DNA from: Candidatus Velthaea sp.
GTDB lineage: Bacteria; Vulcanimicrobiota; Vulcanimicrobiia; Vulcanimicrobiales; Vulcanimicrobiaceae
Assembly: GCA_050012475.1 (NCBI GenBank)
Contig: JBEKHC010000057.1
Span: forward strand, 1-53,540
Direction of reading: 5' to 3'
Length of the DNA stretch: 53,540 bases
In this document: positions 38,134-46,670 of the stretch, piece after piece
How positions within the stretch are numbered: the first letter of the stretch is position 1
How the letters are laid out: the number at the start of each line of letters is the position of its first letter
Translations under genes and position numbers: made by a program
The notes under the pieces: model-generated
Databases searched by the model: none
Told to the model about the DNA's origin: nothing
What the model saw: only the letters and a program-made list of their open reading frames with translations

Positions 38134-39444
38134 ATGGATGAGGCGGCGACAGATCACGGTTGGCTGCGGCGCGCGATCGAAACCAAGCGCGACGGGGCTG
38201 CGCTGGCCCCGGCGGTTTGGCGCCGGATCATCGCCGGTTACGTCGACGGTACGATCGACGATGCGCCGGTGGCTGCGCTGACGATGGCGTGCACGATCCG
38301 GGGCATGGACGACGACGAAATCTTCGCGTTGACCGGCGCTATGATCGACTCGGGCGACGTGCTCGCGTTTTCCGGCGCGCAAGCCGTGGTCGATAAACAC
38401 TCCAGCGGCGGGGTCGGCGATACGATCTCGCTCGTCGTGGTTCCACTGGTGGCCGCGTGCGGCGTGCCGGTGGCCAAACTCTCCGGCGGCGCGCTCGGCC
38501 ACACCGGCGGCACGCTGGACAAGCTCGAGGCGATCCCCGGCGTGCGGACCGATCTGTCACCGGACGAGTTTTGCGCTCAGATCGCACGCATCGGCTGCGC
38601 TATCGCCGCGCAAAGCGAACGCCTCGTCCCGGCCGACAAACGCCTCTACGCGCTGCGGGATCGCACCGGCAGCGTCCCGAGCATCGGGCTCATTGCGGCG
38701 TCGATCGTGTCGAAGAAGATCGCCGGCGGCGCCGGCGCGATCGTGTTCGACGTCAAAGCCGGGCGCGGGGCGTTCATGCGCACGACTAGCGATGCCGTCG
38801 CGCTGGCGACCACAATGGTGCGGCTCGCCAAGCGCTTCGGCCGATCGTCGAGCGCGATCGTCAGCGACATGGACGAGCCGCTCGCCGCCAACATCGGCAC
38901 CGGACTCGAGGCAATCGAAGCTCGCGACTATCTGCGCGGCGGCGCAGCCGGCAGCCGGTTCGCGCAGCTTACGGCAATCGTCGCGCAGGAAATGCTGCGC
39001 GTGGGCGGCGTTCGCGAGGCCGAGATCGAGCCGCGGCTGGAGGCGGCGCTGCGCAGCGGCGCGGGCTACGAGCGGTTCGTCGCCCTCATCGAGGCGCAAG
39101 GCGGGACCCGTGCTGCGCTCGAGGCGGCGGCACCGGCGCAGCCGTCGACGCCCGTTCGCGCGCCGGCGGCCGGGTATGTTGCGGCGATCGATGCGGTCGC
39201 GATCGGCGAAGCGGCGCGCGCGTTGGTCGCGCGCCACGGCCCGTTCGCCGGGATTCGGATCGCCGCAGCGGTCGGGACCGGCGTGCGCGCCGGCGATCCG
39301 TTGGCGTACGTCATCGGTGCGGACGCTGCGGCCGCGGTCGGCCCGGCGTTCTCGCTCGCGGCCGAGCCGCCCGAGCAGCGAGCGCTCGTCGACGACATCA
39401 TCAGGGATGCGAGTCTCGAGCCGTCGTCGAACTCCGGCTGGTAA
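38134..39444 (+). CDS. pdp: Pyrimidine-nucleoside / thymidine phosphorylase
   Basis: IETKRDG, VDKHSSGGVGD, LGHTGGTLDKLEAIPG, PADKRLYALRD, ASIVSKK, DVKAGRGAFM. Confidence 0.93.
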   Translation: MDEAATDHGWLRRAIETKRDGAALAPAVWRRIIAGYVDGTIDDAPVAALTMACTIRGMDDDEIFALTGAMIDSGDVLAFSGAQAVVDKHSSGGVGDTISLVVVPLVAACGVPVAKLSGGALGHTGGTLDKLEAIPGVRTDLSPDEFCAQIARIGCAIAAQSERLVPADKRLYALRDRTGSVPSIGLIAASIVSKKIAGGAGAIVFDVKAGRGAFMRTTSDAVALATTMVRLAKRFGRSSSAIVSDMDEPLAANIGTGLEAIEARDYLRGGAAGSRFAQLTAIVAQEMLRVGGVREAEIEPRLEAALRSGAGYERFVALIEAQGGTRAALEAAAPAQPSTPVRAPAAGYVAAIDAVAIGEAARALVARHGPFAGIRIAAAVGTGVRAGDPLAYVIGADAAAAVGPAFSLAAEPPEQRALVDDIIRDASLEPSSNSGW

Positions 39445-40496
39445 TGAACGGTAACGGTACGGACCGTAGCCGCATCGTCGTGACGGGTGCGGCGGGGTTG
39501 ATCGGCAGTGCCCTGGTTTGGCAATTGAACCGGGACGGCCTCGCCGACGCATTGCTCGTCGACCAGCTGGGAACCAGCGAAAAATGGCGCCATCTGGTGC
39601 CGCTGCGCTTCAGCGACTACTGCGAAGCGGACGAATTCTACGACCGCATCGTGCGCGAGCCCGAATCGTTCGGCCGAATCGGTGCGGTGTATCATCTGGG
39701 AGCGTGCTCGTCGACGACCGAGCGCGATGCGGCCTACCTCGTGCGCAACAATGTCGGCCGTTCGCAGGCCGTCGCACGCTGGGCGCTGGCGCGGGGCGCC
39801 CGGTTCGTCTATGCGTCGTCGGCGGCAACCTACGGCGCGCGCGAGAGCGGGTTGCGCGAAGACCTGGATCTTGACGCGCTGCGCCCGCTCAACATGTACG
39901 GCTACTCCAAGCATCTCTTCGATCAGTGGGCGCGTCGCGAGGGCGTGCTCGAACGCGCGGTCGGCATCAAATACTTCAACGTCTTCGGACCCAATGAGGA
40001 CCACAAGGGCGAGATGCGCAGCGTGGTCGTCAAGGGGTACGAGCAAATCGTGCGGACCGGCGCGCTGCAGTTGTTCGCCAGCTATCGCAGCGGCGTACCG
40101 GACGGCGAGCAAACGCGCGACTTCCTGTACGTGAAAGACGCGGTCGCGATCACGGCGTTTCTGGGCCGAACGCGCGAAGCAACGGGTCTGTACAATGTGG
40201 GCGCGGGCGTCGCGCGAACCTGGAATGACTTGGCGCGCGCAATCTTCGCCGCGCTCGAGCGGCCCGCTCGGATCGAGTACATCCCGATGCCAGAGCTGCT
40301 GCGCGAGAAGTATCAGTACCGCACGCAAGCAACGATCGACCGGCTGCGCGCCGCCGGCTACGACGCGCCGATCGCGTCGCTCGAAGACGCGGTCCACGAC
40401 TACGTGCGCAATTATCTCGCGACGGGCACGCTGCTCGGCACCGAATCGGCCGTGCCGCCGGCGAGCCCGGCACCGACGTTCTCGGCGACCAGATAG
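39444..40496 (+). CDS. hldD: ADP-L-glycero-D-manno-heptose 6-epimerase
   Basis: VTGAAGLIGS, HLGACSSTTE, YASSAATYG, PLNMYGYSK, YFNVFGPNEDHKGEMRS, RDFLYVKD, KYQYRTQA. Confidence 0.93.
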   Translation: MNGNGTDRSRIVVTGAAGLIGSALVWQLNRDGLADALLVDQLGTSEKWRHLVPLRFSDYCEADEFYDRIVREPESFGRIGAVYHLGACSSTTERDAAYLVRNNVGRSQAVARWALARGARFVYASSAATYGARESGLREDLDLDALRPLNMYGYSKHLFDQWARREGVLERAVGIKYFNVFGPNEDHKGEMRSVVVKGYEQIVRTGALQLFASYRSGVPDGEQTRDFLYVKDAVAITAFLGRTREATGLYNVGAGVARTWNDLARAIFAALERPARIEYIPMPELLREKYQYRTQATIDRLRAAGYDAPIASLEDAVHDYVRNYLATGTLLGTESAVPPASPAPTFSATR

Positions 40497-41443
40497 AGCG
40501 GACGGGCTTTGATCTCGTCGTAGATTCGCCCGACGTATTCGCCGAGAATACCGATCCCGATCAGCTGCACGCCGCCCAGAAACAGCACCGTTAGGATCGT
40601 CGACGTGTAGCCGGGCTCGTTGTATCCGCTGAATTTGAGCACCAGGACGATGACGGCGTACACGAATGCAAACGTGCTGCTGATGAAGCCCAGGTACGAC
40701 GCGAAACGCAGCGGGATCTCGCTGAACGCGGTGATCCCGTCGATGGCGAACTTGAACATCTTGGAGAGCGGGTACTTCGTCTCGCCCGCGAAGCGCGCGT
40801 CGCGGTCGTACTCCACGCCGACTTGATTGAAGCCGACCCAGCTGACCAGGCCGCGGATGAAGCGGTGACGCTCGCGCGTTTGGCCCAGCGCGTCGACGAC
40901 GCGCCGGCTCATGAGCCGGAAGTCGCCGGTGTCGACGGGGATCGACACGTTGGTGAGCCGGCGGACGATCCGGTAGAACGCGGCCGCGCTCATCACTTTG
41001 AAGCGGCTTTCGCCGGCGCGCCGGCGCCGGGTCGCGTAGACCACGTCGTAGCCGGCGCGATAGCGTTCGAGAAAATCGGCGATGAGCTCGGGCGGATCTT
41101 GCAAGTCACCGTCCATGAGGACGACGGCGTCGCCGCGCGCGGCGTCGAGTCCGGCCGTCGCCGCGATCTGGTGGCCGAAATTGCGCGACAGCGCGAGCAC
41201 GTGCAGATGTGGATCGATGTGGGCCGCGGCGAGAAGTTTCTCGCGGGTTGCGTCGCGGCTGCCGTCGTCGACGCAGACGATTTCGTAGTCGGCGGGCGGT
41301 TCGGGCAGGTTGCGCACTACCGCCGAAACCCGGCGCAGCAACTCCTCGACATTCCCGGCTTCGTTGTAAAGCGGGATCACGATGCTGAGCGTTGCCGCTC
41401 GCTCGCGACGGAGAAGCTGCCCAGGCGGGGTACTAGAGTTCAC
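40412..41443 (-). CDS. GT2 polyprenyl-phosphate glycosyltransferase (GtrB/YkcC/ArnC-like)
   Basis: IVIPLYNE, VDDGSRD, SRNFGHQ, MDGDLQDPP, GDFRLMSR, RFAGETKY; two C-terminal TMs; GEYVGRIY.E.K.RP.Y. Confidence 0.93.
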   Translation of the reverse strand: MNSSTPPGQLLRRERAATLSIVIPLYNEAGNVEELLRRVSAVVRNLPEPPADYEIVCVDDGSRDATREKLLAAAHIDPHLHVLALSRNFGHQIAATAGLDAARGDAVVLMDGDLQDPPELIADFLERYRAGYDVVYATRRRRAGESRFKVMSAAAFYRIVRRLTNVSIPVDTGDFRLMSRRVVDALGQTRERHRFIRGLVSWVGFNQVGVEYDRDARFAGETKYPLSKMFKFAIDGITAFSEIPLRFASYLGFISSTFAFVYAVIVLVLKFSGYNEPGYTSTILTVLFLGGVQLIGIGILGEYVGRIYDEIKARPLYLVAENVGAGLAGGTADSVPSSVPVAR

Positions 41444-41845
41444 GTGCAGAGAATCTCGATGGTCATGCGATTTGCCCTTGCCCTTGCGCTAACCGTCGCG
41501 GTCTGGACGGGCGTGTTCGCCGAAGCGGCGCCCGAGCCCAGTCCGGTCCCCGTTCACGGCATGCCGGAGATATTCGCGATCCAGATGCCGGCCGACTTGA
41601 ACTTCCACGCCGGTCAGACGATTCGGGGCACCGTCGAGACCTCGACCAACGTGGGGTACGTGGAAGCGCGCATCGATTACCGGAACAAAGCCCTGACCCG
41701 CGAGGGTCTGGGCAAGTTTTCGCTTGCTTACACGATTCCGTGGTTTCTGCCCCCGTGGCTCCGCCATGCGTACACGTTACAGATCATCGCCCGTTCGATC
41801 GACGGGGTTGAGGTCAAGAAGTACTTCCCGATCAGGATTCACTGA
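41444..41845 (+). CDS. Small secreted protein of an uncharacterised domain family; start GTG 41444, or ATG 41459/41465
   Basis: Signal peptide MRFALALALTVAVWTGVFA; the mature part aligns with the C-terminal domain of 36078..38108. Confidence 0.8.
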   Translation: MQRISMVMRFALALALTVAVWTGVFAEAAPEPSPVPVHGMPEIFAIQMPADLNFHAGQTIRGTVETSTNVGYVEARIDYRNKALTREGLGKFSLAYTIPWFLPPWLRHAYTLQIIARSIDGVEVKKYFPIRIH

Positions 41846-41879
41846 CCAAACGCCACAGATTCGGCGCAGCCGAATCCCG

Positions 41880-42962
41880 TTATGGCCGCGGCGTCGATGT
41901 CGGCTGCGGAATGCCCGGCCGAACCGTGGTGGGCAAGTTGCCGAACGGATTGGGATTGAACGGCGTGGGAATCGAGTCCGGCCCGACTTGCGGCTGGGTC
42001 GGGTTCTGATCGGACCAGCGGTACACGACGTCGGTCAGCCGTTTGGCGTCGACTTCGGGCACGAAGAACTGATGCGGATCGCCTTGCAAGCCGTCCTCGC
42101 CGACTTCGACCGACGTCCAGCTGCCGCGCGTGTAGCGATAGGCGAACTTGGTGCCCGACGCATAGGCGCGGGTGAGACGGTAGTGGAGCGCGTCGATGCG
42201 GTCCATCTTCATCGCGTTGGCGACCCAGCCGCTTGCATCGGTCGTGAGGTAGACGCTGTCCGTGAGGGGCGTCGTCGGCGGCACCTGAACGTAGAACGTC
42301 ACCGCAACGCGCCGGCCGGTAACCCGGACCTGGTTGTTGAGTTCCGGGGCGGCGACCGTGGGCGAACCGGCCGCGACGAAAGCATGGGCCCGCGCGTAGG
42401 CCTGCTGGTAGGCGGCGTCCGTTGCCAGGTGGCGCTTGGTCAGGGCGAGTTCGACGATCGCGCCGCTCGCCGGATCGAGCGTGGCCCGGGCATAGATGCG
42501 CGGCGCGGGGACGAGCGCAGTCGGTCCGCCGGTGTCGTAATCGACGATCCGCAGCTGCGGGCTGGTCTTGAAGGCGTCGGCGGTCGTGAAGTAGGCGTAG
42601 CCGTTGCGCAGATCGAGCAATTCGCCGCTGAATTGGATGAGCGCGGCAGGTGACGCCGGCGAAGCGGCCGAGGGCAAGGGCGAGCCGCCCGGGGCGGGCA
42701 GGGTCGATGAGGTCGCGCCCGGCGTCGCTGCCGGCGGCGCAGCCGACGCAGCGGCGCTTGGGCTCGCGCTGGGCTGGGCCGACGGGACGGCCGGGAACGA
42801 GGCTGCCGGCAGCGGCGACGGCGGCCCGGCCGCCGGGGTGGGTTCGCTTTGCCCGGCCGGACGCGGGGCCGTCGGGACCTGCTGTGCGGGAGCGGTGCCG
42901 GCCGAGGCGACGGCGGCGGTCACGAGCGCGAAACTCAGGAGCCAGCGCAGCCGGCGGGTCAC
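41880..42962 (-). CDS. Secreted Pro/Ala-rich protein with CBM20-like (starch-binding-type) domain
   Basis: Signal peptide, PA/S-rich linker, VTFYVQVPP.TP..DSVYL....GW......M...YRYTRGSW.SVE. Confidence 0.75.
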   Translation of the reverse strand: MTRRLRWLLSFALVTAAVASAGTAPAQQVPTAPRPAGQSEPTPAAGPPSPLPAASFPAVPSAQPSASPSAAASAAPPAATPGATSSTLPAPGGSPLPSAASPASPAALIQFSGELLDLRNGYAYFTTADAFKTSPQLRIVDYDTGGPTALVPAPRIYARATLDPASGAIVELALTKRHLATDAAYQQAYARAHAFVAAGSPTVAAPELNNQVRVTGRRVAVTFYVQVPPTTPLTDSVYLTTDASGWVANAMKMDRIDALHYRLTRAYASGTKFAYRYTRGSWTSVEVGEDGLQGDPHQFFVPEVDAKRLTDVVYRWSDQNPTQPQVGPDSIPTPFNPNPFGNLPTTVRPGIPQPTSTPRP

Positions 42963-42966
42963 CGGC

Positions 42967-44751
42967 TCACGGTCCGAACAAAACGCTGAACGATGGCCCG
43001 TAGCCGCCGAAATTGAAATAGTCCGTCCGCGTCACGTCCATGAGGATTTGCTTGGCGATGCGAAACCGGAATTCGTTGGTGATTTGCCACGGCGGTATGC
43101 CGAATAATCCCGGGACCGGGGCCGGAAAGTCGTAGCCGCGCCGCACCGTGAAGGCATAGTTGAAATACTCGTTCGGGGTGACGACGGCCGATCCCGTGAG
43201 CGAGCGCGACGTGGAAAAGCCGCGAAATGCTTCATACCCGGGATACGCGATGCCGTCGAACGCGAGCGGGTCGACCGGATAGAACTCGCGTTGCCGCGCG
43301 CCGTAATCGTCGCCCGTTTGCGTCAGCGAGTAAGCGCCCAGAAAGGCGAGCTTGCGGGTGTAGGTTTTGGATAACGAGGCGGTCGTCGTCGTCGTGTCGA
43401 TGTGATGGGGCAAGGAAAACCACTGGCGCTGCTTGTCGAGCGTCAGATTGAGGTTGAGCGAGCGCAGTTTGTCCAGCGGCAGGGAACTGGTGTAGAGCGT
43501 GAAGCCGAAGAACTTCTGGGCGATCGTCGGAACGCGCGTGCGATCGGCGCCGAAATAGTCGAGCACGTAGCCGAGGTCCTGGCCCGTTTTGTTGCGCGGG
43601 TCGTTCAAGCAAAACGCGTCGAACGGTCCGCAGTGATAGCCGTCGTGCGCAAGGCCGAAGCCGCTGCGCAGGCGCAGGTTGACCGGCGTGTATTTGGTCA
43701 GCGGCGTGTCGCGGCCCGTCCAAGAGAGCGTGAAGTCCGAAGGATGATCGTACGCCCGTTCTTCGGCACCGCTGGGGTTGAGCGGAACCGGGTACTGGAG
43801 CAAGCTGGTGTTGTACTGGTCGGCAATGAGATTGAGTGCCGAGTGGCGCAGCGCAACGACGTAGGAAAGGTTGGTGTACGCCGACGCGACTTCGGGCTGG
43901 TAGATTCCATGCTGCGCGGTGCTCAGCTGCGAGAAAATCCGGGCCTCCATTGCCGGTGAGATGCGTTTATATCCGATGAGGTTGAACTGACGCTCTTCTT
44001 GCGTCACCGGATTGATCGAGAACACGATGTAATCGCGATCCCACACGAAGTGCTGATCGAAGGATAGAAATAGCTTCGATATGCCGCTGTAGCGCAAGTG
44101 CACTGCCGAAATGGCGTGCAGCGATCCGTTGTACGGCAGGCCGATATCGAACGACGCGCCGGAAAACGCGTTTTGCGCGTAATTCGGATTTGCTGAGAAC
44201 GTCTGGACCCATTTTCCGGTCGGGATGAAAACCCCCAAGACATAGAGGCGCGAACCGCGGAATTGGACGTTCGTCTTGGGCAAGATTGTCGCGCTCGACG
44301 CGACGATATAAGGCTTTTCGCGGCTCACGTCCGGGATGAAGAACGCATCGCCGGGCTGTGCGCGCCCTTTTTGCGGATGCGCGAAATCCAATCCCAGATA
44401 GGTCCATTTGTCAGGATTGCCGTTCGCCGAGAGAAAATACGAGCGATCGAGATCCGGATAGCCGGCGAAGCCGGCGCCGACTTCGTGCACGTCGTCACTA
44501 TCGAGGTGCACGTCGCCCGCGAGCAGATAGCGATTGAGTTTGAGATCCATTGAGAAGAGTTCGCTTCTGAGCACGGTGCCGTCGGACAATCGCACGCGCA
44601 CGTGACCTTCGCCCGTAACGATATAACGGTTGCTGTAGAAGACAACACGATCGGCTTGCAGATCCAAACTCGTCGGCGGGGCAGCGGGCGCGCAGCGAAA
44701 GCTTGCCAGCATGAAGATTACTGCCGCGAACGACGTTACAACGAAACGCAT
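42967..44751 (-). CDS. Putative outer-membrane protein, LptD/OstA-like
   Basis: Signal peptide; OstA-like N-terminus (LQADRVVFY...GEGHVRV...DLKLNRYLLAGDV); aromatic alternating beta-strand-rich C-terminal region. Confidence 0.6.
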   Translation of the reverse strand: MRFVVTSFAAVIFMLASFRCAPAAPPTSLDLQADRVVFYSNRYIVTGEGHVRVRLSDGTVLRSELFSMDLKLNRYLLAGDVHLDSDDVHEVGAGFAGYPDLDRSYFLSANGNPDKWTYLGLDFAHPQKGRAQPGDAFFIPDVSREKPYIVASSATILPKTNVQFRGSRLYVLGVFIPTGKWVQTFSANPNYAQNAFSGASFDIGLPYNGSLHAISAVHLRYSGISKLFLSFDQHFVWDRDYIVFSINPVTQEERQFNLIGYKRISPAMEARIFSQLSTAQHGIYQPEVASAYTNLSYVVALRHSALNLIADQYNTSLLQYPVPLNPSGAEERAYDHPSDFTLSWTGRDTPLTKYTPVNLRLRSGFGLAHDGYHCGPFDAFCLNDPRNKTGQDLGYVLDYFGADRTRVPTIAQKFFGFTLYTSSLPLDKLRSLNLNLTLDKQRQWFSLPHHIDTTTTTASLSKTYTRKLAFLGAYSLTQTGDDYGARQREFYPVDPLAFDGIAYPGYEAFRGFSTSRSLTGSAVVTPNEYFNYAFTVRRGYDFPAPVPGLFGIPPWQITNEFRFRIAKQILMDVTRTDYFNFGGYGPSFSVLFGP

Positions 44752-44819
44752 ACGAATCTCCGCTGCCGTTCATCGAAACAGAAGGCACGCTCCTGCGGCA
44801 AACCGAACCGCGTTCGAGA

Positions 44820-45953
44820 ATGCCTCGTGTTCTTGCGTTTGTCATGGACTCTGCTGGAGTCGGTGCTTTGCCGGACGCGTCGAGCTATGGCGATGCACCG
44901 CAGGCGAACACGATTGCGAACGTCGCCGAACGGCTCGGCGGTTTGCATTTGCCGAACTTCGAGCAGTTGGGTCTGGGACGGATAACGCCGATCCGCGGTG
45001 TCGCCGCGGTCGATTCGCCCGTCGCCGCCGTCGGCCGATTGGCCGAGCGGTCGAAGGGCAAAGACACCATCACCGGGCATTGGGAAATGGCCGGCATCGT
45101 TACCGAGATTCCGTTTCCGACCTATCCGGCGGGCTTTCCGCCCGATGTCGTCGCTGCGTTCAGCGCGATCTGCGGCAAGCCGCCCCTGGGAAATGTCCCA
45201 GCTTCGGGCACGGAGATCATTGCGGAATTAGGCGCAGAACACCAGCACACCGGCCGCCCGATCCTGTACACGTCGGCGGATTCGGTATTCCAAATCGCCG
45301 CCCACGAAGCGATCGTTCCGCTGGCGACGCTGTACGAGTGGTGCGAGCAGGCGCGCGCGATGCTCGTTCCGCCCAATGCGGTGAACCGCGTGATCGCCCG
45401 CCCGTTCGTCGGCACGCCCGGGAATTACGTACGGACGCCGAATCGGCGGGATTATGCCATACCGCCTCCGCCGAGCGTCTTAGATCGCTTGGCCGGACGC
45501 GGGATTCCCGTTCATGCAGTTGGGAAAATTTGCGACATCTATTGTGGTCACGGCATCGCGTCTTCGGTCCGCGTTGTCGACAATGCCGATGCCGTCGAGA
45601 AAGCCCTGGCGATTGTTGACGCGGTGGAGCACGGCTTCATTTTCGCGAATCTCAACGATTTCGATAGCAAATTCGGCCATCGGCGCGATGTCCGCGGCTA
45701 TGGCGCCGCGCTCGAGCGCCTCGATGCGGCCATCCCGCAGATTCGCTCGCGCCTGCGCGCGGGCGACGGCCTGCTGTTTACCGCCGACCACGGCTGCGAT
45801 CCCACCGCCCCCGGCTCCGATCACACGCGCGAGTACGTGCCGTATATCGAATGCGGGTCGATCGCCGGCGGAGATGCCGGAACCCTGCGCGGTCTGGGTC
45901 ACATCGGCGAACGCGTCGCCGCGATCCTGGAAAGCGGACGAGTAACGGCGTGA
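44820..45953 (+). CDS. deoB: Phosphopentomutase
   Basis: VMDSAGVG, SKGKDTITGHWEMAG, YTSADSVFQIAAHE, RVIARPF, DFDSKFGHRRD, TADHGCDPT, DHTRE. Confidence 0.97.
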   Translation: MPRVLAFVMDSAGVGALPDASSYGDAPQANTIANVAERLGGLHLPNFEQLGLGRITPIRGVAAVDSPVAAVGRLAERSKGKDTITGHWEMAGIVTEIPFPTYPAGFPPDVVAAFSAICGKPPLGNVPASGTEIIAELGAEHQHTGRPILYTSADSVFQIAAHEAIVPLATLYEWCEQARAMLVPPNAVNRVIARPFVGTPGNYVRTPNRRDYAIPPPPSVLDRLAGRGIPVHAVGKICDIYCGHGIASSVRVVDNADAVEKALAIVDAVEHGFIFANLNDFDSKFGHRRDVRGYGAALERLDAAIPQIRSRLRAGDGLLFTADHGCDPTAPGSDHTREYVPYIECGSIAGGDAGTLRGLGHIGERVAAILESGRVTA

Positions 45954-46621
45954 CCGACGTCATAGGCACCCGCGTTGGCGACACCCGGCGCATCCGCGCA
46001 AAGCGACGGAGCGTTCCACGGTCTTGGCAATTGGGCAAGCGAGTGATCGACGTGACGGTGTCGGTTGCCGTCCTCATCGTTACCTTGCCGATCGTGATGG
46101 CCGCCATGATCGGAATTTTCGTGGTAACCGGCGGCTCGCCGATCTTCATGCAGCAGCGCATCGGGCGCAATGGCCGGCCGTTCATGATGTTCAAGCTTCG
46201 CACGATGGTGCGCGGCGCACATCTGCTGCACGACGACATGCGGCGCTTCAGCGAGGTTGACGGCCCCGTCTTCAAGATGCGCGACGACCCGCGGCTACAT
46301 GCGCTTGGAGCATTTCTCCGCCGCACGAGCATCGACGAGATTCCGAATTTCATCAACGTGTTGCGCGGCGAGATGGCGGTCGTCGGACCGCGCCCGCCCC
46401 TGCCCTCGGAGGTCGCCGACTACGACGACTATGCACGCCAGCGCTTGGAAGTCAAGCCGGGCGTGACGTGCTTGTGGCAGATCTCTGGCCGGTGCGAACT
46501 CACGTTCGACGCGTGGATGGCGCTCGACAATGCCTACATCGAGCACTGGTCGCCGCTGCTCGACCTGAGTATCATCGTGCGGACGATCCCCGCGGTCGTC
46601 CGCGGGATCGGCGCCCATTAG
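45950..46621 (+). CDS. Initiating sugar transferase (bacterial phosphoglycosyl transferase)
   Basis: GTGA coupling; KRVID, RIGRNGRPF..FKLRTM, DDPR, FLRRTSIDE.P, VGPRP, KPGVT.LWQISGR. Confidence 0.93.
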   Translation: MTDVIGTRVGDTRRIRAKRRSVPRSWQLGKRVIDVTVSVAVLIVTLPIVMAAMIGIFVVTGGSPIFMQQRIGRNGRPFMMFKLRTMVRGAHLLHDDMRRFSEVDGPVFKMRDDPRLHALGAFLRRTSIDEIPNFINVLRGEMAVVGPRPPLPSEVADYDDYARQRLEVKPGVTCLWQISGRCELTFDAWMALDNAYIEHWSPLLDLSIIVRTIPAVVRGIGAH

Positions 46622-46670
46622 CCGGCGGCTGAACGTCGTCGCCGCGCCGGCGCCGGCGCAGGCGCAGCGA

